Below are positions 47,702-64,000 of a DNA stretch of 64,000 nt, piece by piece (position 1 is the stretch's first letter; each line of letters starts with the position of its first letter). This DNA comes from Octopus vulgaris. Lineage: Eukaryota. The stretch covers positions 12,896,001 to 12,960,000 of the forward strand of contig OX597841.1 of the NCBI GenBank assembly GCA_951406725.2, read 5' to 3'. Below the pieces are notes generated by a model that saw nothing but the letters and a program-made list of their open reading frames with translations, did not search any database and had not been told where the DNA came from. A program made the translations under genes and the position numbers.

Positions 47702-50700
47702 TACATACTTACATACACACATTTATAGATTCATTTATAGATACATACATATGTACATTCATACATTCATACATACATGCATGTATACATACATACATAT
47801 ATTAATACATACATACACACAAACATTCATACATACATACATACATACATTCATACATACATACATTCATACATACATACTTACATATATACATGCATAC
47901 ATACATTCATAGATACATACATGCATGTATACATACATACATACATATATTCATACCTACATACATGCATGCATACATATATACATTCATACATACATTC
48001 ATACTTCCATACACACATACATACATTCAATCATACATACATACAAACATACATGCACACATATATTCCATCATATATACATATATACATACATACATAC
48101 ATACATACATACATTCATACATACATACATACATACATACACACATACATTCATACATTCATACATACATACATACATACACACATACATTCATACATTC
48201 ACACACACATACATACATTCACACATACATTCATACATTCACACATACATACATACATTCATACATTCACACATACATTCATACATACATACATACATTC
48301 ACACATACATACATTCACACATACATACATACATTCACATATAAATTCATACATTCATACATACATACATACATTCACATATACATATAAACATACATTC
48401 ACACATACATTCATACATACATACATACATTCACACATACATTCATACATACATACATTTATACATACACACATACAAACATTCACACATACATACATAC
48501 GTTCACACATACATTCGTACATTCACACATACATGCATACATTCACACATACATACATACATTCATACATTCACACATACATACATACATACATACATAC
48601 ATACATTCATACATTCACACATACATAAATACATTCACACATACATACATTCATACATACATACATACATTCACACATACGTACATACATTCAAACATAC
48701 ATTCATACATTCACACATACATTCATACATTCAAACATACATTCATATATACATACATCCAGACATACATACATACATTCATACTTACATTCATACGTAC
48801 ATACACACATACAGACATTCACACATACATACATACATTCACACATACATAAATACATTCACACATACATACATACATTCACACATACATACAATCTTAC
48901 ATACATACATACATTCATACATACATACATACATTCATACATACATACATACATTCACACATACATACATACATTCACACATACATACATACATACATAA
49001 ATTCACACATACATACATACATACATTCATACATTCACACATACATTCATACATTCACACATACATACATACATTCACACATACATACATACATTCACAC
49101 ATACATACATACATTCACACATACATACATACATACATACATTCACACATACATACATACATTCACACATACATACAATCTTACATACATACATACATTC
49201 ATACATACATACATACATTCATACATACATACATACATTCACACATACATACATACATTCACACATACATACATACATACATACATTCACACATACATAC
49301 ATATATACATTCATACATTCACACATACATTCATACATTCACACATACATACATACATTCACACATACATACATATATTCACACATACATACATACATTC
49401 ACACATACATACATACATTCACACATACATACATACATACATACATTCACACATACATTCATACATACACACATACATACACACACACATACATACATAC
49501 ATACATTCACACATACATACATTCATACATTCACACATACATACATACATTCACACATACATACATACATTCACACATACATACATACATACATGAACAC
49601 ATACATACATACATACATTCATACATTCACACATACATACATACATTCACACATACATACATACATTCACACATACATACATAGATACATTCACACATAC
49701 ATACATACATACATTCATACATTCATACATACATTCATACATACACACATACATACACACACACATACATACATTCATACATTCACACATACATTCACAC
49801 ATACATACATTCACACATACATACATTCATACATTCACACATACATTCATACATTCACACATACATACATACATTCACACATACATACATTCACACATAC
49901 ATACATACATACATTCACACATACATACATACATACATTCACACATACATACATTCACACATACATACATACATACATTCACACATACATACATTCATAC
50001 ATTCATACATTCATACATACATACATACATTCACACATACATTCACACATACATACATTCACACATACATACATACATACATACACACATACATACACAC
50101 ACACATACATTCATACATTCACACATACATTCATACATTCATACATACATTCACACATACATACATTCACACATACATACATACATTCACACATACATAC
50201 ATTCATACATTCACACATACATACATTCATACATTCACACATACATTCATACATTCACACATACATACATACATACATACATACACACATACATTCATAC
50301 ATTCACACATACATTCATACATTCACACATACATTCATACATTCACACATACATACATACATACATTCATACATTCAGACATACATTCATACATTCACAC
50401 ATACATTCATACATTCACACATACATACATACATTCACACATACATTCACACATACATACACACATACATTCATACATTCACACATACATTCATACATTC
50501 ACACACACATACATTCATACATTCACACATACATTCATACATTCATACATTCACACATACATTCATACATACATTCATACATTCATACATACATACATGC
50601 ATTCATACATACATACATACATACATACAGTCATACATACATACATACATACATTCATACATTCACACATACATTCATACATTCACACATACATACATAC

Positions 50701-53700
50701 ATTCACACATACATACATACATACATTCATACATTCACACATACATTCATACATTCACACATACATACATACATTCACACATACATACATTCACACATAC
50801 ATACATACATACATTCACACATACATACATACATACATTCACACATACATACATTCACACATACATACATTCATACATTCACACATACATTCATACATTC
50901 ACACATACATAAATTCATACATTCACACATACATTCATACATTCATACATACATACATACATTCACACATACATTCACACATACATACATTCACACATAC
51001 ATACATACATACATACACACATACATACACACACACATACATTCATACATACATTCATACATACATACATACATACATACATTCATACATTCACACATAC
51101 ATTCATACATTCACACATACATACATACATTCACACATACATACATACATTCACACATACATACATACATACATACATTCACACATACATACATACATAC
51201 ATTCATACATTCACACATACATTCATACATTCACACATACATACATACATTCACACATACATACATACATACATTCATACATTCACACATACATTCATAC
51301 ATTCATACATACATACATACATTCACACATACATTCACACATAGATACATACATTCACACATACATACACACATACATTCATACATTCATACATACATAC
51401 ATACATACATACATACATTCATACATTCACACATACATTCATACATACATTCATACATTCACACATACATTCATACATTCACACATACATACATTCATAC
51501 ATACATTCATACATTCACACATACATTCATACATTCACACATACATACATACATTCATACATACATACATTCATTCATACATACATACATTCATACATTC
51601 ACACATACATACATTCATACATTCACACATACATTCATACATTCACACATACATTCATACATTCACACATACATACATACATTCACACATACATTCACAC
51701 ATACATACACACATACATTCATACATTCACACATACATTCATACATTCATACATTCACACATACATACATACATACATTCATACATTCACACATACATTC
51801 ATACATACATTCATACATTCACACATACATACATTCATACATTCACACATACATACATTCATACATTCACACATACATACATACATTCACACATACATTC
51901 ATACATTCACACATACATACATACATTCACACATACATTCACACATACATACACACATACATTCATACATTCACACATACATTCATACATTCATACATTC
52001 ACACATACATACATACATACATTCATACATTCACACATAAATACACACATACATTCATACATTCACACATACATTCATACATACATACATACATACATAC
52101 AGTCATACATACATACATTCACACATACATTCATACATTCACACATACATACATTCATACATTCACACATACATTCATACATTCATACATTCACACATAC
52201 ATACATACATACATTCATACATTCACACATACATACATTCATACATTCACACATACATTCATACATTCATACATTCACACATACATACATACATACATTC
52301 ATACATTCACACATACATACATACATTCACACATACATACACACATACATTCATACATTTACACATACATTCATACATTCATACATTCACACATACATAC
52401 ATTCATACATTCATACATTCACACATACATTCATACATTCACACATACATACATACATTCACACATACATACATTCATACATTCACACATACATACATAC
52501 ATTCACACATTCATACATTCATACATTCACACATACATTCATACATTCAAACATACATTCATACATTCACACATACATACATACATTCACACATACATTC
52601 ATACATTCACACATACATTCACACATACATACACACATACATTCATACATTCACACATACATACATACACACACACATACATTCATACATTCACACATAC
52701 ATTCATACATTCACACATACATTCATACATTCACACATACATTCACACATACATACACACATACATTCATACATTCACACATACATTCATACATTCACGC
52801 ATACATACACACATACATACACACATACATTCATACATTCACACATACATTCATACATTCACACATATATTCACACATACATACACACATACATTCATAC
52901 ATTCACACATACATTCATACATTCACACATACATACACACATACATACACACATACATTCATACATTCACACATACATTCATACATTCACACATACATTC
53001 ATACATTCACACATACATTCACACATACATACACACATACATTCATACATACACACATACATACATACATTCACACATACATTCACACATACATACACAC
53101 ATACATTCATACATTCACACATACATTCATACATTCACACATACATTCACACATACATACACACATACATTCATACATTCACACATACATTCATACATTC
53201 ACACATACATTCACACATACATACACACATACATTCATACATACACACATACATACATACATTCACACATACATTCACACATACATACACACATACATTC
53301 ATACATACACACATACATTCATACATTCATACATTCACACATACATACATTCATACATTCATACATTCACACATACATTCATACATTCACACATACATAC
53401 ATACATTCACACATACATACATTCACACATACATACATTCACACATACATACATTCATACATTCACACATACATTCATACATTCACACATACATACATAC
53501 ATACACATACATACATTCACACATACATACATACATACATTCACACATACATACATTCATACATTCACACATACATACATTCATACATTCACACATACTT
53601 TCATACATTCACACATACATTCATACATTCACACATACATTCACATACATACACACATACATTCATACATTCACACATACATTCATACATTCATACATTC

Positions 53701-56700
53701 ACACATACATACATTCATACATTCATACATTCACACATACATTCATACATTCACACATACATACATACATTCACACATACATTCATACATTCACACATAC
53801 ATACATACATTCATACATTCACACATACATACATTCATACATTCACACATACATTCATACATTCACACATACATACATACATTCACACATACATTCATAC
53901 ATTCACACATACATACATACATTCATACATTCACACATACATACATTCATACATTCACACATACATACATTCATACATTCACACATACATTCATACATTC
54001 ACACATACATACATACATTCACACATACATTCACACATACATTCACACACATACATTCATACATTCACACATACATTCATACATTCATACATTCACACAT
54101 ACATACATACATACATTCATACATTCACACATACATTCATACATACATTCATACATTCATACATACATACATACATTCATACATTCACACATACATTCAT
54201 ACATTCACACATACATACATACATTCATACATTCACACATACATACACACATACATTCATACATACACACATACATACATACATTCACACATACATTCAC
54301 ACATACATACACACATACATTCATACATACACACATACATTCATACATTCATACATTCACACATACATACATTCATACATTCATACATTCACACATACAT
54401 TCATACATTCACACATACATACATACATTCACACATACATACATTCATACATACATACATTCACACATACATACATTCATACATTCACACATACATTCAT
54501 ACATTCACACATACATACATACATTCACACATACATACATTCACACATACATACATACATACATTCACACATACATACATTCATACATTCACACATACAT
54601 ACATTCATACATTCACACATACATTCATACATTCACACATACATTCATACATTCACACATACATTCACACATACATACACACATACATTCATACATTCAC
54701 ACATACATTCATACATTCATACATTCACACATACATACATTCATACATTCATACATTCACACATACATTCATACATTCACACATACATACATACATTCAC
54801 ACATACATTCATACATTCACACATACATACATACATTCATACATTCACACATACATACATTCAGACATTCACACATACATTCATACATTCACACATACAT
54901 ACATACATTCACACATACATTCATACATTCACACATACATACATACATTCATACATTCACACATACATACATTCATACATTCACACATACATACATTCAT
55001 ACATTCACACATACATTCATACATTCACACATACATACATACATTCACACATACATTCACACATACATACACACATACATTCATACATTCACACATACAT
55101 TCATACATTCATACATTCACACATACATACATACATACATTCATACATTCACACATACATTCATACATACATTCATACATTCATACATACATACATACAT
55201 TCATACATACATACATACATACATACATACATTCATACATACATACATTCACACATACATTCATACATTCACACATACATTCATACATTCACACATACAT
55301 TCATACATTCACACATACATTCATACATTCATACATTCACACATACATACATACATACATTCATACATTCACACATACATACATTCATACATTCACACAT
55401 ACATTCATACATTCACACATACATACATACATTCACACATACATACATACACATACATACATACATTTACACATACATTCATACATTCATACATTCACAC
55501 ATACATACATTCATACATTCATACATTCACACATACATTCATACATTCACACATACATACATACATTCACACATACATACATTCATACATTCACACATAC
55601 ATACATTCATACATTCACACATACATACATACATTCACACATACATTCATACATTCACACATACATTCACACATACATACACACATACATTCATACATTC
55701 ACACATACATTCATACATTCACACATACATTCATACATTCACACATACATACATACATTCACACATACATTCACACATACATACATACATACATACATAC
55801 ATTCACACATACATTCATACATTCACACATACATTCACACATACATTCATACATTCACACATACATTCACACATACATACACACATACATTCATACATAC
55901 ACACATACATTCATACATTCATACATTCACACATACATACATTCATACATTCATACATTCACACATACATTCATACATTCACACATACATACATACATTC
56001 ACACATACATACATTCACACATACATACATTCACACATACATACATTCATACATTCACACATACATTCATACATTCACACATACATACATACATTCACAC
56101 ATACATACATTCATACATACATACATACATACATTCACACATACATACATTCATACATTCACACATACATACATTCATACATTCACACATACATACATTC
56201 ATACATTCACACATACATTCATACATTCACACATACATTCACACATACATACACACATACATTCATACATTCACACATACATTCATACATTCATACATTC
56301 ACACATACATACATTCATACATTCATACATTCACACATACATTCATACATTCACACATACATACATACATTCACACATACATACATTCACACATACATAC
56401 ATTCACACATACATTCACACATACATACACACATACATTCATACATTCACACATGCATTCATACATTCATACATTCACACATACATACATTCATACATTC
56501 ATACATTCACACATACATACATTCACACACATTCATACATTCACACATACATTCATACATTCACACATACATACATACATTCACACATACATACATTCAC
56601 ACATTCATACATTCACACATACATTCACACATACATACACACATACATTCATACATTCACACATACATTCATACATTCATACATTCACACATACATACAT

Positions 56701-59700
56701 TCATACATTCATACATTCACACATACATTCATACATTCACACATACATACATACATTCACACATACATACATACACACATACATACATACATACATTCAC
56801 ACATACATACATTCATACATTCACACATACATACATTCATACATTCACACATACATACATACATACATTCACACATACATTCATACATTCACACATACAT
56901 TCACACATACATACACACATACATTCATACATTCACATACATTCATACATTCATACATTCACACATACATACATTCATACATTCATACATTCACACATAC
57001 ATTCATACATTCACACATACATACATACATACACACATACATTCATACATTCACACATACATACATACATTCATACATTCACACATACATACATTCATAC
57101 ATTCACACATACATACATTCATACATTCACACATACATTCATACATTCACACATACATACATACATTCACACATACAATCATACATTCACACATACATAC
57201 ATACATTCATACATTCACACATACATACATTCATACATTCACACATACATACATTCATACATTCACACATACATTCATACATTCACACATACATACATAC
57301 ATTCACACATACATTCACACATACATACACACATACATTCATACATTCACACATACATTCATACATTCATACATTCACACATACATACATACATACATTC
57401 ATACATTCACACATACATTCATACATACATTCATACATTCATACATACATACATGCATTCATACATACATACATACATACATACATACAGTCATACATAC
57501 ATACATTCACACATACATTCATACATTCACATACATACATACATTCATACATTCACACATACATTCATACATTCACACATACATACATACATTCATACAT
57601 TCACACATACATACATACATACATACATACATTCACACATACATACATTCATACATTCACACATACATTCATACATTCACACATACATACATACATTCAC
57701 ACATACATACATACACATACATACATACATTCACACATACATACATACATTCATACATTCACACATACATACATTCATACATACATACATTCACATACAT
57801 TCATACATTCACACATACATACATACATTCACACATACATACATTCATACATACACATACATACATTCATACATTCACACATACATACATACATTCACAC
57901 ATACATTCATACATTCACATACATTCATACATACATACACACATACATTCATACATTCACACACATTCATACATTCACACATACATTCATACATTCACAC
58001 ATACATACATACATTCACACATACATTCACACATACATACACACATACATTCATACAGTCACACATACATTCATACATTCACACATACATTCATACATTC
58101 ACACATACATTCATACATTCACACATACATTCACACATACATACACACATACATTCATACATACACACATACATTCATACATTCATACATTCACACATAC
58201 ATACATTCATACATTCATACATTCACACATACATTCATACATTCACACATACATACATACATTCACACATACATACATTCACACATACATACATTCACAC
58301 ATACATACATTCATACATTCACACATACATTCATACATTCACACATACATACATACATTCACACATACATACATTCACACATACATACATACATACATTC
58401 ACACATACATACATTCATACATTCACACATACATACATTCATACATTCACACATACATACATTCATACATTCACACATACATTCATACATTCACACATAC
58501 ATTCACACATACATACACACATACATTCATACATTCACACATACATTCATACATTCATACATTCACACATACATACATTCATACATTCATACATTCACAC
58601 ATACATTCATACATTCACACATACATACATACATTCACACATACATACATTCACACATACATACATTCACACATACATTCACACAAACATACACACATAC
58701 ATTCATACATTCACACATACATTCATACATTCATACATTCACACATACATACATTCATACATTCATACATTCACACATACATACATTCATACATTCATAC
58801 ATTCACACATACATTCATACATTCACACATACATACATACATTCACACATACATACATTCACACATTCATACATTCACACATACATTCACACATACATAC
58901 ATACATACATTCATACATTCACACATACATTCATACATTCATACATTCACACATACATACATTCATACATTCATACATTCACACATACATTCATACATTC
59001 ACACATACATACATACATTCACACATACATACATTCACACATACATACATACATACATTCACACATACATACATTCATACATTCACACATACATACATTC
59101 ATACATTCACACATACATACATTCATACATTCACACATACATTCATACATTCACACATACATTCACACATACATACACACATACATTCATACATTCACAC
59201 ATACATTCATACATTCATACATTCACACATACATACATTCATACATTCATACATTCACACATACATTCATACATTCACACATACATACATACATTCACAC
59301 ATACATACATACATTCACACATACATTCATACATTCACACATACATACATACATTCATACATTCACACATACATACATTCATACATTCACACATACATAC
59401 ATTCATACATTCACACATACATTCATACATTCACACATACATACATACATTCACACATACATTCATACATTCACACATACATACATACATTCATACATTC
59501 ACACATACATACATTCATACATTCACACATACATACATTCATACATTCACACATACATTCATACATTCACACATACATACATACATTCACACATACATTC
59601 ACACATACATACACACATACATTCATACATTCACACATACATTCATACATTCATACATTCACACATACATACATACATACATTCATACATTCACACATAC

Positions 59701-62700
59701 ATTCATACATACATTCATACATTCATACATACATACATGCATTCATACATACATACATACATACATACATACATACAGTCATACATACATACATTCACAC
59801 ATACATTCATACATTCACACATACATACATTCATACATTCACACATACATTCATACATTCACACATACATTCATACATTCATATATTCACACATACATAC
59901 ATACATACATTCATACATTCACACATACATACATTCATACATTCACACATACATTCACATACATTCACACATTCACACATACATACACACATACATTCAT
60001 ACATTTACACATACATTCATACATTCATACTTTCACACATACATACATTCATACATTCATACATTCACACATACATTCATACATTCACACATACATACAT
60101 ACATTCACACATACATACATTCATACATTCACACATACATACATTCATACATTCACACATACATACATACATTCACACATACATTCATACATTCACACAT
60201 ACATTCACACATACATACACACATACATTCATACATTCACACATACATTCATACATTCACACATACATTCATACATTCACACATACATTCACACATACAT
60301 ACACACATACATTCATACATACACACATACATTCATACATTCATACATTCACACATACATACATTCATACATTCATACATTGAAAAATACATACATACAT
60401 TCACACATACATACATACATTCACACATACATACATTCACACATACATACATTCACACATACATACATTCACACATACATACATTCATACATTCACACAT
60501 ACATTCATACATTCACACATACATACATACATTCACACATACATACATTCACACATACATACATACATACATTCACACATACATACATTCATACATTCAC
60601 ACATACATACATTCATACATTCACACATACATACATTCATACATTCACACATACATTCATACATTCACACATACATTCACACATACATACACACATACAT
60701 TCATACATTCACACATACATTCATACATTCATACATTCACACATACATATACATTCATACATACATACATTCACACATACATTCATACATTCACACATAC
60801 ATACATACATTCACACATACATACATTCACACATACATACATTCACACATACATTCACACATACATACACACATACATTCATACATTCACACATACATTC
60901 ATACATTCATACATTCACACATACATACATTCATACATTCATACATTCACACATACATACATTCATACATTCATACATTCACACATACATTCATACATTC
61001 ACAAATACATACATACATTCACACATACATACATTCACACATTCATACATTCACACATACATTCACACATACATACACACATACATTCATACATTCATAC
61101 ATACATTCATACATTCATACATTCACACATACATACATTCATACATTCATACATTCACACATACATTCATACATTCACACATACATACATACATTCACAC
61201 ATACATACATTCACACATACATACATACATACATTCACACATACATACATTCATACATTCACACATACATACATTCATACATTCACACATACATACATTC
61301 ATACATTCACACATACATTCATACATTCACACATACATTCACACATACATACACACATACATTCATACATTCACACATACATTCATACATTCATACATAC
61401 ACACATACATACATTCATACATTCATACATTCACACATACATTCATACATTCACACATACATTCATACATTCACACATACATTCATACATTCACACATAC
61501 ATTCACACATACATACATTCACACATACATACATTCATACATACATACATTCATACATTCACACATACATTCATACATTCACACATACATTCACACATAC
61601 ATACACACATACATTCATACATTCACACATACATTCATACATTCATACATTCACACATACATACATTCATACATTCATACATTCACACATACATTCATAC
61701 ATTCACACATACATTCATACATTCACACATACATACATACATTCACAGATACATTCACACATACATACATTCACACATACATACATTCACACATACATAC
61801 ATTCACACATACATACATTCATACATTCACACATACATTCATACATTCACACATACATTCATACATTCACACATACATACATACATTCACACATACATTC
61901 ACACATACATTCACACATACATACATACATTCACACATACATTCACACATACATACACACATACATTCATACATTCACACATACATTCATACATTCACAC
62001 ATACATACATACATTCACACATACATTCACACATACATACATACATTCATACATACATTCATACATTCACACATACATACATTCATACATTCACACATAC
62101 TTTCATACATTCACACATACATTCATACATTCACACATACATTCACACATACATACACACATACATTCATACATACACACATACATTCACACATACATAC
62201 ACACATACATTCATACATTCACACATACATTCACACATACATACATTCACACATACATACATACATACATTCATACATTCACACATACATTCATACATAC
62301 ATACATACATTCACACATACATACATTCACACATACATACACACATACATTCATACATACACACATACATTCACACATACATACACACATACATTCATAC
62401 ATTCACACATACATTCACACATACATACATTCACACATACATACATACATACATTCATACATTCACACATACATTCATACATACACACATACATTCATAC
62501 ATTCATACATACATACATTCATACATTCACACATACATTCATACATACATACATACATTCACACACATACATTCATACATTCACACATACATTCATACAT
62601 TCATACATACATTCATACATTCACACATACATTCACACATACATTCATACATTCACACATACATACATACATTCACACATACATACATTCACACATACAT

Positions 62701-64000
62701 ACATACATACATTCATACATACACACATACATTCATACATTCATACATACATACATTCATACATTCATACATTCACACATACATACATTCATACATTCAC
62801 ACATACATTCATACATTCACACATACATTCATACATTCACACATACATTCATACATTCACACATACATACATACATTCACACATACATTCACACATACAT
62901 ACACACATACATTCATACATTCACACATACATTCATACATTCACACATACATTCATACATTCACACATACATACATACATTCACACATACATTCACACAT
63001 ACATACACACATACATTCATACATTCACACATACATTCATACATTCACACATACATTCATACATTCACACATACATACATACATTCACACATACGTTCAC
63101 ACATACATACACACATACATTCATACATTCACACATACATTCATACATTCACACATACATTCATACATTCATACATTCACACATACATACATTCATACAT
63201 TCACACATACATTCATACATTCACACATACATTCATACATTCACACATTCATTCATACATACATACATACATACATTCACACATACATTCACACATACAT
63301 ACACACATACATTCATACATTCACACATACATTCATACATTCACACATACATTCATACATTCACACATACATACATACATTCACACATACATTCACACAT
63401 ACATACACACATACATTCATACATTCACACATACATTCATACATTCACACATACATTCATACATTCACACATACATACATACATTCACACATACATTCAC
63501 ACATACATACACACATACATTCATACATTCACACATACATTCATACATTCACACATACATTCATACATTCATACATTCACACATACATACATTCATACAT
63601 TCACACATACATTCATACATTCACACATACATTCATACATACACACATACATTCATACATTCACACATACATTCACACATACATACACACATACATTCAT
63701 ACATTCACACATACATTCATACATTCACACATACATTCATACATTCATACATTCACACATACATACATACATACATTCACACATACATTCAAACATACAC
63801 ACATACATTCATACATTCACACATACATTCATACATTCACACATACATTCATACATTCACACATACATACATACATTCACACATACATTCACACATACAT
63901 ACACACATACATTCATACATTCACACATACATTCATACATTCACACATACATTCATACATTCACACATACATACATACATTCACACATACATTCACACAT
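47702..64000 (+). repeat. Tetranucleotide satellite, right arm: (CATA/CATT/CACA)n, >16 kb, runs off the window
   Basis: Almost G-free strand built from three 4-mers, with higher-order duplications. Confidence 0.98.

Noticed and set aside
57453-60383. 976-aa His/Ile/Thr/Tyr-rich ORF (also 49593-50912 and the many ORFs in 44241-48628)
   Set aside because: Translation of the CATA/CATT/CACA satellite. The strand has almost no G and rarely TAA, so stop codons are nearly impossible and long ORFs are expected by chance.
44262-64000. Telomeric repeat array
   Set aside because: The motif is not TTAGGG (the usual molluscan telomere repeat) and lacks G-runs; no evidence of a chromosome end within the window.

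Overview
Eukaryotic, AT-rich, repeat-dense genomic DNA, most likely from an octopus or other cephalopod (inferred from the tRNA-derived SINE families, RTE/Penelope/mariner relics, dense microsatellites and a tandem C2H2 zinc-finger gene). Three protein-coding genes can be supported. (1) A single-ORF C2H2 zinc-finger gene with 16 fingers (5653-7158, +). (2) A complete six-exon SEC11 signal peptidase catalytic subunit gene (minus strand, 25257->13683, 182 aa), which the ORF track shows only in fragments. (3) A two-exon 69-aa single-pass membrane microprotein (33321-33408 + 37164-37285, +) that appears only after splicing. The rest is SINEs, LINE and DNA-transposon relics, a Penelope-type hammerhead ribozyme motif, several hairpins and minisatellites, and a ~19.7-kb CATA/CATT/CACA tetranucleotide satellite (44262-end) that flips orientation at ~47701. 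Repeat boundaries are approximate and were read by eye.
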